Shown: positions 10,141-22,157 of the stretch, piece after piece
Layout of the letters: each line of letters begins with the position of its first letter
Numbering within the stretch: position 1 is the stretch's first letter
Assembly (NCBI GenBank): GCA_963801815.1
Contig: CAWDGJ010000002.1
Location: 256,001-320,000, forward strand
Source of the DNA: an uncultured Verrucomicrobiae bacterium
GTDB taxonomy: Bacteria; Verrucomicrobiota; Verrucomicrobiia; Chthoniobacterales; UBA10450
Reading direction: 5' to 3'
Length of the DNA stretch: 64,000 bases
The notes under the pieces: model-generated
Databases searched by the model: none
What the model saw: the letters and a program-made list of their open reading frames with translations, nothing else
Told to the model about the DNA's origin: nothing
Made by a program: the position numbers and the translations under genes

Positions 10141-11023
10141 GTGAATTTAAAAACCTATCTCAAATCCCGGCAGCAGATCGATCGATCGCGCGCTCGATCG
10201 TTATCTGCCAAAGGAGAACGTCCGGCCGGCGACGATTCACAAGGCGATGCGTTACAGTTTGTTCGCGGGCGGCAAGCGATTGCGGCCGGTCTTAACGCTA
10301 GCGGCCGCGGAAGCGTGCGGTGGCAGGATCGACCATGCGATGCCGCTCGCTTGCGCGATGGAATGCATCCACACCTACTCGTTAGTCCACGATGATCTCC
10401 CGAGCATGGACAATGATGATTTCCGCCGCGGCCGGCCGACCTGCCACAAAGTTTTTGGCGACGGCATCGCCGTGCTTGCCGGTGACGCGTTGCTCACGAT
10501 CGCTTTCGAAATTCTTTCGCGGGCAAGACCGGCCTCGCGTTACAACATGTCGATCTTGTTGCGCGAAATTGCCGTTGCGGCCGGCAGCCAGAAGCTGATC
10601 GCCGGACAGGTGGCCGACCTCGAAGCCGAAGGACAACAGATCGACATGGCCGGTCTGCGTTACATTCACGAACACAAAACGGCGGCAATTCTGACCACCT
10701 CAGTCCGGCTCGGCGCGATGAGCGCGAACGCGAACGCCAAACAGCTGAACGCGATCACCAAGTTCGGACGCGCGCTTGGCCTCGCCTTTCAGGTGATCGA
10801 CGATATTCTCGATGTCACGCAGACGAGCGAAAAGCTCGGTAAGAGCGCTGGCAAAGATGTCGCCGCGCAAAAAGCAACCTATCCGGCGATCATTGGGTTG
10901 GACAAGTCACGCGCGGAAGCGAAACGCCTGACCAAGCAAGCGCACGACGCGTTGAAGATTTTCGGAAAGAAAGGCGACGCGTTGCACGCCCTCGCGAATC
11001 ATCTCCTCGAGCGCGAATACTAA
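10141..11023 (+). CDS. ispA: Polyprenyl (farnesyl/geranylgeranyl) diphosphate synthase; probable indel near 10175
   Basis: GGKRLRP, HDDLPSMDNDDFRRGRPTCHK, FQVIDDILD, GKSAGKD; GTG at 10141 (VNLKTYL) is out of frame with the main ORF. Confidence 0.9.
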
Positions 11024-11072
11024 ACTCGCTTTCGTTCCCTTCGGTTCGGAGGTAGCAATCAGCCACCAGTAG

Positions 11073-12075
11073 TTAGGCAAGCGCGAGATTGGGATCGATC
11101 TCTTCGGTCACGCTTGAGCTGACCCCGTTTTGCAATTTCAGAATCGCTGCAAACGCGATCATGGCGGCGTTATCGGTGCACAACCAAGGCTCTGCCATTT
11201 TCAATTCGAAGCCGTGACGTTTGCAGGCGTCGCTCATTTGTCTGCGCAGTTCCCTGTTGCAACTCACGCCTCCGCTGATCGTAACAAGATCGACACCGTG
11301 GTTCCTGGCAGCGTCGATAGTTTTGCGGACAAGAACATCGACAATTGCTGCTTGAACCGAGGCGCAGACGTCCGCCAGACAATCGCCCTGCAATTTCGGC
11401 AACAAATAGCGCACCGCCGTCTTCAAGCCGCTGAAGCTGAAATTTTCCGACTCGGGCATGCTACGCGGCAAATCGAAGCGACTCGGATCGCCGCGCGTTG
11501 CCAGTTTTTCGACCTCCGGTCCGCCGGGATAACCGAGTCCGAGAAGTTTTGCGATTTTGTCGAATGCTTCGCCGGCTGCGTCGTCCACGGTGCGCCCGAT
11601 AATTTGGTACTCCCCGATGCCGCGCACCAGGATCGACATCGTGTGACCGCCGCTGACGATGAGGGAAACATTGGGTTTGATTTTGGTGTCGCCAAAAAAC
11701 GGCGAAAGCAGATGACCTTCGAGGTGATTGATCGCGAGATACGGCTTTCCGAAACCGATCGCCAGACCTTTCGCGATTGACGCACCGATCATCAGCGAGC
11801 TCGCCAAGCCCGGTCCGCTGGTCGCAGCGAAGGCGTCGATTTGCGAGATATCGATCTTTGCCTCGCGCATCGCGCGCTCGAGCAGCTGCGGGCGCATGGA
11901 CCAGATGATTCCGCGACGCGACCTCCGGCACGACACCGCCGAATTTCTCATGCTCGGCAATTTGCGAAGCGACTTCGCTCGCAAGCAGGTCCGAGCGGCA
12001 CTGGTCTTTTCCACCGCGCAGAATGGCTACCGCAGTTTCGTCGCAGGAAGTCTCCAGAGCCAGGATCGTTTTCAC
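11073..12075 (-). CDS. tsaD: tRNA t6A threonylcarbamoyltransferase TsaD; frameshift near 11900-11925
   Basis: [24 protein letters not shown] in one frame; [22 protein letters not shown] and CTDNAAMIA in another. Confidence 0.95.
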
Positions 12076-12077
12076 AA

Positions 12078-12138
12078 GTGGAGGAACGCGCTCGTCGCGT
12101 CCATTGATTAAAAGGACGGCACGAAGGCCGTCCCTCCA
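12078..12138. repeat. REP-like double-hairpin element (GTGGAGG...CCTCCA)
   Basis: gtggaggaacgcgctcgtcgcgtcc-attgattaaaa-ggacggcacgaaggccgtccctcca. Confidence 0.65.
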
Positions 12139-12140
12139 AG

Positions 12141-13445
12141 TTACTTCTTGATCGCTTCGCCCTTGGGCGCGTTTTCCTGTGCGTAAATCATCACGCCCTT
12201 GAGCGCATCGATTGCCCGCAACATCTGCGGATCATTCGCCTTGATGAAATTCTTGTCTTCGTCCGGCTTGAGGGTGTCGCCACTGCTACGCGCGGCGAAG
12301 AGCTGGCGTTCCTGTTCTCCGTTCATCGGTACGCGAATGTTCGGCATCACGCCGTTACCTTGAATCACCTGTTTGCCCGGCGTGTAATATTTGGCGGTCG
12401 TGAAACGCAAGGCCGAGCCGTCCGGCAATTGCATCACGTTTTGGACCGAGCCCTTCCCGAACGTCGTTTCGCCGACAACAATGGCGCGATGCAAATCCTT
12501 GAGCGCGCCGCAAACAATTTCGGCGCCACTGGCGCTGCCTTCGTTGACGAGCACCGCCATCGGAAAATGCGGCCGCTCTTTGGCCGCGCCGGACGTTGAA
12601 TATTCGCGCTGTTGCGAGGCGACTCGGCCCTGAGTGGAAACAACCTTCGTGTTCGGCGGCAAGGAATTGCGCGCAAACGTCCACCGCGCTGTTCAGCAAT
12701 CCGCCCGGATTATTTCGCAGATCGAGAACGAGCGCCTGCATTCCCTGCTTTTGCAATTCATCCAGCGTCTTCGACAACTCTCCGGCCGTCGGCTCGTTGA
12801 ATTGAATCAGGCGCACATAAGCGATCTTGAATGGTCCGGTCAGGTCCGGATCGAGCAATCGCGCGCCCTTGACGCTCTGCACTTTGATCTCCGCCCGCTC
12901 CAGCGAGTAATCCTTCACTTCCTTGGTCGATGGCCGAATTAACGTCAGCGTGATCTTCTGCCCGGGCGCACCGCGCAGAAGGTTGATCGACATCCTGCAA
13001 ATCCATTCTGTCGGTCGACGTCGCCGTTGATTTTCAAAATCTGATCGCCGGAGAGAATGCCAGCCTTGGCGGCGGGCGTGTCTTCCATCGGCGTGACCAC
13101 GGTTGGCAGACCGTTCTTGATCGCGACTTCGATGCCGAGACCGTTGAAACGGCTGCGCGTGTCGTCCTGCATGTCGCGAAAATCATTCGGATCCATGAAC
13201 TGGCTGTGAGGATCAAGCGAAGAGAGCATTCCCTTCATCGCTGCCGTGACCAGATCGTGATAACTGGTCTTGTTTCCGTCGACATAATCCTGGCGAATCA
13301 GCTGGAGCGCCTTCGCGAACATGGCGATTTGCGAATAACCGGTATCGTCGTCCTCATTCGCCGCGCCCAGGCTGCGAAATCCAATCCCGAAAAGCACGGC
13401 AACGACGATTAGCCCGCCTGTCCCGAAAAGAATGCGTCGCTTCAT
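12141..13445 (-). CDS. S41 family C-terminal processing peptidase (CtpA/Prc-like), split by two indels
   Basis: LDPHSQF, PDZ ([18 protein letters not shown]), [25 protein letters not shown]. Confidence 0.92.
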
Positions 13446-13529
13446 GTCCGTCCGAACCTTCAATTGGCGACCTTCGCTCATTCCAAAATTTTTGGCAACG
13501 GCCAAAGCGTCGTCTAAAGTTGCGCCGCT

Positions 13530-15312
13530 GTGACAATCCCTTGGCTGAGAAAGTCCCTCCTCTGCACATTGGCCGCGGCGGCGATCTCCTTGTCGGTCGT
13601 AAACGTTTTCGCCCTCCAAACTCCGGACGCGGAGTATGAGGCGATCGCGGAGGAATTCATCAAAGGCTACTTCACCGCGCGCCCGCTGCTCGGCACCTCC
13701 ATGGGCCTGCACGAGTACGACGGAAAAATCACCGATTACAGCCGGCTCGCCCTCGACGCCGAACTCTCCCGGTTAAAACGGTTCGAAGATCGGCTTGAGA
13801 AGTTCGACCTTGATAAATTGAGCCAGCGCCAGTCGATCGACCTCCGGATCCTGCAGGCCGGCATTCGCAGGGAAATCTTTCGACACGAAGCGATGGCGAT
13901 CTACGAGCGGAACCCGATCGTGTACGCGCGCGCGGCCGACGTAAACGTTTACGTCAAACGCAACTTCTCGCCGCTGGACGACCGCGTCCGCAGCATTATT
14001 GCGATCGAATCGCAGGTCCCGAACATCATCATCGCCGCCAAGACGAATCTCGACCTGGCTTTGCCGAAACCGTACGTCGAGCTCGCGATACAGATTGCGA
14101 AAAGTTCGGCGGATTTTCTACGGAAGGATCTGGTCGAAGCGATCGCCGACCTGAAGGATGAACGGCTCCGTTCAGATTTTCTCGAGTCCGAACCGAAAAG
14201 CGGCCGGCGCCCTCGTCGACTACGCCGGTTGGCTCGAACGTGAGCGATTACCCAAAGCGACCGCAGATTTCGCGATTGGCGAACAAAAGTTCCAACGGAT
14301 GCTGCGCGACACTGAATTTGTCGACCTTCCACCGGAGAAAGTTCTCGAGATTGGAATGGCGCAGTTACAGAAGGAGCAAAAAGCGTTCACTGACGCCGCC
14401 CAACAGATCGACTCGTCGAAGATGCCCGCGGAGATTTTCAAACAAATTCAGGTGGAACATCCCACACCGGATAGTCTCCTCGCGGACATCAACAAAGATC
14501 TCGAATCAATCCGCAAATTCGTCGTCACGCGAAAATTGGTCACGATTCCATCTGAAGTGCGTGCGCGGGTGAGAGAGACGCCGCTTTATCAGCGCGCTAC
14601 TTCCTTCGCATCGATGGACACGCCCGGCGCGTTCGAAAAGCGCGCGACCGAGGCCTACTATTATGTCACGCCGCCGGAGGACGACTGGCCCCCGTTGCAA
14701 AAAGAGGAATGGCTTACCTCATTCAATTTTTACACCGCCGACATCGTTTCCGTTCATGAAGTTTATCCCGGTCATTACGTCCAGTTCCTCCGCCTGAACG
14801 CTTCCCCGGCGACTAAAGTGGAAAAGATTTTCGGCAGTTACGCCTTCATCGAAGGCTGGGCCCATTACTGCGAGCAGTTAATGATCGACGAAGGCTACGG
14901 AACGGTCGCCAATCCCAACGCAGAACGATATCAAACGGGCGGCGAAATATCGAATGGCCCAGGCCGACGAAGCGATGCTGCGACTCTGCCGGCTCTGCGT
15001 CGCGATCAAAATGCACACTCAAAACATGACCGTCGATGAGGCGACGAAGTTTTTTCAGGACAACTGTTATTACGAAGAAAAACCGGCTCACGCCGAAGCG
15101 ATGCGCGGCACTTTCGATCCCGGTTATTTGAATTACACCCTCGGCAAATTGGAGATTCTGAAATTGCGAGACGATTACAAAGCGCAGGAAGGCGTCGAAT
15201 TTCTCCATCCAAAAATTTCACAACGAACTTTTGAACCACGGCATGCCGCCGATTCGATTGCTCCGAGAGATCATGCTCAAGGACAAATCGAAATGGGACG
15301 ACGTGCTTGTAG
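13530..15312 (+). CDS. DUF885 family exported protein (metallopeptidase-like), several indels
   Basis: HEVYPGHYVQ, FIEGWAHYCE, YTLGKLEILKLR across ORFs 13530, 14158 and 14954. Confidence 0.88.
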
Positions 15313-15322
15313 CGCTCTTACT

Positions 15323-16260
15323 CTAATCCAAGCCCGGGAACGAAGGCGACGGCGGAAGATCTGATTTCGGCGGCTCTTCGATCTGCGCAAGCTTGTCATC
15401 GAGTTTGCTCATTCTCTTGTCCGTTTCCGTGAAACTTCCACTCGCGTTCGAGAGATGACGACCGAGGATCCGAAAATTGTCCTGGATTTTCGCGAGAATC
15501 GCCGCGCAGTCGCGATAGCTCGCCGAGAATTTCCTGGGCGCGCTTCTCAACCTTCATGCCGCGCAGTCCAAGCAAAATCGTTTGAACGTAAGCGTAGAAG
15601 CTGATCGGCGAAACTGGAATCACGCGCTTGGCCAGCGCGTAACTAAACAGTTGCCGATCTTCGCCAGAATCTTCCTTAATGATTGTCTCGTAATAAACGT
15701 TCTCGGCTGGCACGTACATCAGCGCGAAATCGTGGTCCTTCTCCGGCGAAATGTATTTGCTCGCAATCGCATCGACGTGCTTCTTCAGTCGCGCAAGAAT
15801 TGTTTTCGCGCGTCGACTAGCTCGGACTCGCTCGCCGCTTCTACCACGCGTTTAAAATTCTCGTAAGGAAACTTCGCATCCGCCGCGTACCAACCGCGGC
15901 CCGATGCGAATAACCGCGTCGACCGCCTCACCGCTCTTGAAGCGGTGCGGCATCATGTAATGCTCGCGCGGCAAGATCTGAGCGAGCAAATCACCCAGGA
16001 AAAGTTCGCCCATGCCGCCGTGAAGTTTGGGCGCGCGCATGATGTGAACGAGTTCCTGGGCCGCGCGTCCGACTTCGTGGATCTGGCCGACCTTTTCCCG
16101 CAAATCGCCCACGACTTCAGCAGCTTTGTCGAGCCGTGTGTTCATGGAAGCGGTTGGTTGCTGAAGATTTTAGACTCGACCGTCTGGCCGAACGAGTCTA
16201 GTTCTCTGCTGAAGAGCATTGAGTTGTTGCAGTGAGCAGACATCGAACGCACCCTCGGAT
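15323..16260 (-). CDS. rmuC: DNA recombination protein RmuC; multiple indels, 5' part garbled, start uncertain
   Basis: GGMGELFLGDLL, VDAVIR, D.KFP, MYVPAENVYYE, VIPVSP; upstream coiled-coil fragments LQQLNALQQR/LDSFGQTV. Confidence 0.85.
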
Positions 16261-16440
16261 TCCAGACTAGGTTGCGGCGCTGCTTCTCGTCACGCGAGCG
16301 AACGTCGAGCACTCTAGCATTTCGCATCGGAACGATTAAACGTGACGCCCGACTAAACCGCTTCCTCGCGGCGCAACCGTTCAGTCGCGCGCGAACTCGC
16401 TCCATTCCGCGACTTCTCTCTGGAATGACAAGTGATGGAA

Positions 16441-18344
16441 TCAAAATCGCAACTTCATTCCGCCGTAATACGCCGTGCCGAGTGCAGGAAAACCGAAAAC
16501 TTCCGAGTAATGCTCACCAGTCAGATTGTCGACCCGGCCGAAAATGACATGTGCGGAGTGATCTCGTATTCCGCCGCGAGATTGAGGAAATTGTAATCTT
16601 CTATGTCGAAATTCGGCCCACCGAAGTTCAGTTCCTCCCGCGCGTTTACCCACTTCGCCTCGATGGTTGTGCGCAGTTTCTTGCCCCAGAGATAAGAACC
16701 CGACACATAGATCTCATTTCGGGGCCTTCGCGGCAGTCGCGAGCCTTGTGGTTGTGAAATGTCCGCGTTGTCGGTTTTTTCGGCTTCGAGATACGTGTAG
16801 CTCGCTGTCAGAACCAGATCGGTAATCGGAGTCGCGCGCAGTTCAGTCTCGACCCCCTGAGTCTCCGCAGCGCCGAGATTCAAGGTCTCAAAAAGGCCGT
16901 TGAATCCAATCACGTTGGACAAATCGTTGTGAAAATAGGTCGCGCCGATCGTTATACGCCTGTCCCACAATCGTTGCTCGAAACCGGCATCCCATCCGAA
17001 GTCCTTTTCGGGTTGCAACGGTGGCAGTGGTTGCGACGGATTCGGGTTGAATCGAAAAATCTTATCCTGACTGCTCGGCGGACTGAATCCCGTCGCGACA
17101 CTCGCGTGTAATGTGGTGTCAGTCTTGTCGATCTTATAACTACTTGCGACGCGATACGTCCAAACATCTCCGAAATCGTTAAAGCTATCGATGCGTCCTC
17201 CTGCGACCAAAATCAGGTTCTCGATGTTTGCAGTCGCTTCAACAAAACCGGCGATCTCGGTCGTGAAGTCGCTGATGAAGATTGGTTGCGGACCGAACAG
17301 TTGAGAAATAAAGGGCCGCTCTTGACCTGAATCGACGCGGTCATAAAAGAATCCGTTCGCCAGCGTGAACCACGATGCTGCGTGCAGCACATTTTGGTAA
17401 TCGATCGTGGTTCGCTGGAACAGAGCGCGCGTCGGCCCTACAAATCCGTCCTGATTTGGATTGTTGACCTGCCGCTCGTTGTCGTGGTCGATGATTAATC
17501 GATGCTGCCACCAATCGGTGACCTGAAGATCGAGATGCGGCGCGATAAACCATTTCTCGGTTAAGAAATGATCTACCGGCCGGAAGGCGAAGATGCTGTT
17601 CGGGTTACCTGTTTCACTCTCGGAGTAGGCGAACAATGCACCAATCCGTGCGTGGTCGCCCGGCGACCAGCCAACATCCGCAATCGCAGAAGTGTTTCGA
17701 TAAGCGTTATTTGGCCGTGCATTGTCCGTGTCGAGCCGGCTCGCGCCTAACGAATAATCGAAGTCGCCAATTTTGCCGTCGCTGCTGAGCGTTTCCCGAA
17801 AAGTGTCGAAGGTGCCTCCTTCCTCGGTTAAAGTGATTCCAGGCGGACCGCTTCCCTGCTTGGTAAAAATTTGAACCACGCCGGCCAGCGCACGGGGTCC
17901 GTAAATCGTGCTCTGCGGCCCGCGCGCAATCTCAATTCGATCAATATTGTCCGTCGTCAGATTCGCAAAATCGAATTGGCCAGCGAGCCCCTGATTGATC
18001 GGGATGCCGTCTAGTAGGACCTGCATATCCTGACTCGGCAGGCCCCGCATGAAAACCGAAGTCAGCTGGCCGGGCGTACCGGTTTGAACAACATTCAAGC
18101 CCGGCACTTCGCGCAGCGCGTCAGCAAGCCGCTCGATCTGTTTATTGTCGATATCTTGCGAATCGATGACGCTGACGCTGGCGGGCGATTGGTCGAGCGG
18201 AATCTCAAAACGCGTGGCCGAGACAACCACGGGCTCGGCCTCCGGCAATTGATCGCCATTCGGCGAGACAGGTTCCTCCGCGCGGCTCGGTATTGCCACG
18301 CTTATCAAACTGAAAAAGACAAAACATAATGGGCGAATTCGCAT
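16441..18344 (-). CDS. btuB: TonB-dependent receptor, BtuB-like (cobalamin uptake); indel near the C-terminus
   Basis: TonB box VVVSATR, plug LREVPG..VLLDGIP..IDRIEIARGPQSTIYG, C-terminal ...AYYGGMKLRF; preceded by a cobalamin riboswitch. Confidence 0.88.
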
Positions 18345-18430
18345 AACAAGTTTTCTCCAACTCGAGAGTCGGACTTGTTCGCCGCGGTCCCGCGATGGAT
18401 GGGGTCGGAGCGTATCGCCCAGCTCTCATT

Positions 18431-18810
18431 CTTCTTTTTGCGAAGAAGTTTTTTCGCTTGCGCCCTGCAGAAATTTCGGCGGTCACAGACCGCCGCTACA
18501 GAACACGCCGGCGAATGAGATGGACTCGGTCGAATATTCTGGCTCCTGGCGTTTGAAGACTAGTTGATAGTTTATAGTTGGTTGTTGATAGACCCAGCCT
18601 TGGACTATCAACTCTCAACCATCATCTAATGACTAATCTTCCCCTTCTTCCCGCCTTCACCATGTCTTCTGTGGCGGCAGCCGTCTCGGCTGCACAACCA
18701 CTCGATTGCAGGCGAGACGCCTGCCTCCACATGATTGGCCGTGGGAAGTCGTATCCAGTTACAGCAGCGCAACTGCTCCCGGTTTTCACGGGATTTCTCG
18801 CGCCGATCCA
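18431..18810 (-). promoter_or_regulatory. Cobalamin riboswitch (divergent; P2 absent; contains inserted repeats)
   Basis: Minus strand: TGGATCGG..GAGAAAT-CCCGTGAAAACCGGG-AGCAG-TTGCG-CTGCTGTAACTGG..GCCAAT..TGGTGAAGGC..CCAGGAGCCAGAATATTCGACCGAGTCCA; downstream hairpin CTTCTT-CGCAAA-AAGAAG whose loop pairs with L5. Confidence 0.88.
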
Positions 18811-18894
18811 CTTTTTCAAGCTCGCAAAGAACTGGTCCCAGAACTACCCGCTTGCGATTCGCGGCTCAAGATTTATTTATCTCGCAACTCACTC

Positions 18895-19836
18895 GTGACC
18901 TCATCCACTCCCAACCTTCTCGTAACCGGCGGGGCCGGCTTCATCGGCTCCAACCTGACCCTCGCGCTCCAGGAAAAATTCCCGGACACCCGATTGACGG
19001 TCGTTGATGATTTCCGTTCCGGCGACTTCAAGAATCTGCGCGGTTATCGCGGCGATTTCGTCGCGCAAAATCTGGCGGAGCTTGATTGGCGGGAACAATT
19101 CGGCGACGAAAAGTTTGACGCGATTTTTCATCTGGCATCGATCACTGATACGACGTTGCACGACCAGTTCGTTCAGGTGCACGACAACGTCGAAAGTTTT
19201 CGCCGGCTTTTGAATTTCGCGCGGCCGAACAAGACGCGAATCATTTTCGCGTCTTCGGCGTCGACCTACGGCGCGGCCAAAACGGCAAGCGTAGAAACAA
19301 ACGGCGCCGCGCCGTCCAATGTTTACGCGTTCTCGAAAGCGATCATGGACAACCTGGCGATGCGCGAGGCGAAAGAAAACCCGACGTGGATTATCATCGG
19401 TTTGCGCTACTTCAACGTCTACGGTCCGCGCGAAGCACACAAAGGCGTGCCTGCAAGCATGGTTTATCATCTCGCACAGCAAATGAAAGCCGGCCAGCGG
19501 CCGCGCATTTTCAAACATGGCGATCAGAAGCGCGACTTCGTTTACGTGAAAGACATCGTGGAAGGCAGCATCCTTGCGCTCGAAGCGAAGCAGAGTGGAA
19601 TTTATAATCTCGGCTCAGGCCAGGCGCGATCGTTCAACGAGCTGGTCGACGTGCTGAACAAATGTCTTGGAACGAAATTCCAGCCCGATTACATCGACAA
19701 TCCGCACGCGCATTATCAAAATTTTACCGAAGCTGATCTCGAAAAAGTCCGCGGCGCTCTCGGTTATCAGCCCCAATTCTCGCTCGAGCGCGGCGTGGCC
19801 GATTACTTGGAGTGGCTCTATCCAGCCGGGAAATAA
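18895..19836 (+). CDS. rfaD: ADP-L-glycero-D-manno-heptose 6-epimerase
   Basis: LVTGGAGFIGSNL, ASSASTYG, YAFSK, GLRYFNVYGPREAHKG..ASM, KRDFVYV; GTG start at 18895. Confidence 0.9.
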   Translation: MTSSTPNLLVTGGAGFIGSNLTLALQEKFPDTRLTVVDDFRSGDFKNLRGYRGDFVAQNLAELDWREQFGDEKFDAIFHLASITDTTLHDQFVQVHDNVESFRRLLNFARPNKTRIIFASSASTYGAAKTASVETNGAAPSNVYAFSKAIMDNLAMREAKENPTWIIIGLRYFNVYGPREAHKGVPASMVYHLAQQMKAGQRPRIFKHGDQKRDFVYVKDIVEGSILALEAKQSGIYNLGSGQARSFNELVDVLNKCLGTKFQPDYIDNPHAHYQNFTEADLEKVRGALGYQPQFSLERGVADYLEWLYPAGK

Positions 19837-19847
19837 CTTGCTGCGCG

Positions 19848-19955
19848 GTCATCCCGAACAACGTGAGGGATCTCACACGCGAAGCTTGGATCATACAAGT
19901 CAGATAGCGTAATCAACGAGCTATTGAGCGATTCCTCGCTTGCGCTCGGAATGAT
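19848..19955. repeat. Palindromic interspersed repeat, GTCAT(T/C)CCGA...TCGG(A/G)ATGA family
   Basis: gtcatcccgaacaacgtgagggatctc...gattcctcgcttgcgctcggaatgat; inverted relative of 63731..63850; half copy at 16404..16430. Confidence 0.8.
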
Positions 19956-19978
19956 AAAACGGCAGCCCGCCCAGGACC

Positions 19979-20389
19979 TCACCCTTCCCAGAAGAATTTC
20001 GTCGGACGCTTGATTTCCGGCGGCAGACTCTTGTGCACCGGACAATTGAGAGCCGTTTGCTCGAGCACTTCGCGGTGTGGCGAATCTGGCGGAAGCGGAA
20101 TGTGAACCTCACTCGGCAACGCCACGATCCGGCGCGGCGCGTCGGATGACATTTCCTTCTCCACCGAGACTTTCATTCCTCGAAGATCGACCCCGAGCGA
20201 CTCGGCCTTGATTCCCATCGTCGTGCTGATGCAAGTGCCGAGTGCAGTCGCGACGAGGTCGGTCGGCGAAAACGCTTCGCCTTTGCCCTTGTTATCGGTC
20301 GGCGCATCCGTCGCGATCGTCGACTTCGACGGTCCGTGCGTCGCGTCGCAATGCAGGTTGCCAGTGTACTCGACGTCTACTTTAACCAT
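19979..20389 (-). CDS. OsmC family protein
   Basis: TDAPTDNKGKGEAFSPTDLVATALGTC...NCPVHKSL. Confidence 0.92.
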   Translation of the reverse strand: MVKVDVEYTGNLHCDATHGPSKSTIATDAPTDNKGKGEAFSPTDLVATALGTCISTTMGIKAESLGVDLRGMKVSVEKEMSSDAPRRIVALPSEVHIPLPPDSPHREVLEQTALNCPVHKSLPPEIKRPTKFFWEG

Positions 20390-20400
20390 AAGATTCTCGC

Positions 20401-20462
20401 CACAGGTTAGCACAGATTTTCACAGATTTTAAATCCGTGGTTCATCTGTGCGCATCTGTGGC
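20401..20462. repeat. Inverted array of about 10-nt units (CACAGAT / ATCTGTG)
   Basis: cacaggttag cacagatttt cacagatttt aa atccgtgg ttc atctgtg cgc atctgtgg. Confidence 0.7.
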
Positions 20463-21544
20463 TGTAATAATGGGAGTTTGTTGAATTTTATCCAAATGCT
20501 GTGCGACCTCATCCCGAAACACGCGCGTAAGCTCGCCATCGTGAAGAAGAATCATGTCTGTGTCGTGGTTCTTGACGATCGTCATTTTGCCAGCCTTCGT
20601 TCCACCAGCAAAAACCGACAATCGCCGGCCAGCGATTTGAAAATAAGTCGTCGAGCGCGCTGCGCGTCCATTTCACGACGCCCACATGCCGATTGTGCAA
20701 ATCGCAACCGAACTCGGCGACGATAACGGGCTTACCGGGCGCAATTTTGGTTAACCGCGGATAAGCTTCATCAATCTTAAACCGAAAGGTCTCAAGACCT
20801 TCATCCGTCCGGGGCGCGAGCGGCCCGTAGGCGCTGATTGCCACCCAATCGCAATAATCGATTCCTGGAAAATAATTTTCGAACGCGTTCCATTTTCGTT
20901 CCGGTTCGTCGTACCAGTTCACGTGCCAGACCCAGGTCAGATTATCTGCGCCTTCCGCCCGCATGATGTCGACAATGTGCCGGTAGGCTGTGATGTAGCG
21001 TTTAGGTCCTTCGATCGCGCCGCCGTTCCATTTTCCGTTCCAGCTGAACCATTCGCCGTTTGGCTCAGTTCCCCACTCGATCAAAATTGGCGATCCAAAA
21101 GTTTTCGCGTCGCGCGCCCATGCCCGAAGATCGACATCGAAGTCGCCGGCTATGATTTTCTTCAAGTGAAAACTTCTTGTCGTCGTGGCCTTGATCCACA
21201 TCGGAGCGAAGCATTAATCGGATGTAAGGAATCTTGCCAGCGTCGCGGATCCAACCGCACGTCTCGGCTGGAAATTTTCGGGATTCGAACCAGTTGTCCG
21301 AAAAATAAATCCACACGGTTTTGGCGCCGACCGCTTCTTCGTAGCGCACCACGTCCGCCGCCGTGACATCGTGTTCGGTCGGATCGTGGGTGTCAGTGCC
21401 GACGCCTCCCCAGTAAAAGCCATGGTAAAGCTTTCCAGGCGGCGGCGGCTGAATCTTCGGAGGCTGAGCCTGTAAAGCGAGAATGCAGTTGAAGAACGCC
21501 GCCAGAAAAATTTTCACCGACAAACTGTAGCGGCGATGGCTCAT
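20442..21544 (-). CDS. Exported glycoside hydrolase, GH26-like; indels near 21165 and 20575
   Basis: IIAGDFD, GTEPNGEWFSW (acid/base Glu), WVWHVN, YFPGIDYCDWVAISAY, KPVIVAEFG (nucleophile Glu). Confidence 0.85.
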
Positions 21545-21607
21545 CGCCGAAAGCAACCCATTTGGCGATTGCACACCGTCGCTACAGGAGCATCAGGTGG
21601 GGTTCGA

Positions 21608-22064
21608 TTACATTTTTCTTTTGGCGTCTCGCAATTGCTTCACTCGATCGTGCGCGCTTTTGATTTCGATGAATTGACAGGAAACGATTTCGCGCACCTG
21701 CCCCGTCAGTCTTTCGTGCAGCGCTTCCTCGAATCCGCACATGGCGGAATCCTCTCCGCGCTCACACTCCGTCAGGATCGCTTTGTCGTCTCTGCTGGTC
21801 ACGGTGGACTTCAAACTGATCCAGGCTCGATGCATTGCTCCGGCCGCTCTGATCCACTTTTTCGGCTTCAATTCGCCGAGACTTTGGGCCTGGGCCTGCA
21901 GTTCGCGTGGCAAAGCGATGACGCTGTTGCGAGTATTGCTCGAAAAGCGATTTGAGGTGCGGATCGCTCACAGCTTCAGAGGCTTCCTGGAAGCCCTTCT
22001 CGCCGTCCCTCAGTGTTTCGATCAACCCGTTGATCGTCGAAATAGCTTCTTGCGGTTGTGTCAC
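21608..22064 (-). CDS. PA2169/DUF2383 four-helix-bundle protein; indel near 21905
   Basis: INGLIETLRDGEKGF..., GAMHRAWISLKS..AILTECERGED...HDRVKQLRD. Confidence 0.85.
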
Positions 22065-22157
22065 AGTACAACTGTTTCGCAGCTCGCGTGGGTTTCAGTT
22101 TTCAGAAAATTTTTCGGTGTCAGCTTGCGACACTCACTCATGCCGTTAGCGTGAATC

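Noticed and set aside
11073..12075. tsaD, mreB, pheS and others as pseudogenes or programmed frameshifts
   Set aside because: These are essential genes with intact motifs on both sides of the breaks and no consistent slippery sites. Sequencing error is the simpler explanation.
16146..16365. Possible 6S/tmRNA-like RNA: 10-bp inverted repeat GGAAGCGGTT/AACCGCTTCC enclosing the hairpin TAGACTCG/CGAGTCTA
   Set aside because: The minus strand reads as garbled RmuC N-terminal coiled coil (LQQLNALQQR, LDSFGQTV, NLQQ, ASMNTRLD), and no tRNA-like ends or tag peptide are evident. Worth rechecking after polishing.
18578..18898. ORFs across the btuB-rfaD intergenic region and the extended rfaD start at 18706
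   Set aside because: The region is explained by the riboswitch and its repeats. RfaD similarity begins at the GTG at 18895.
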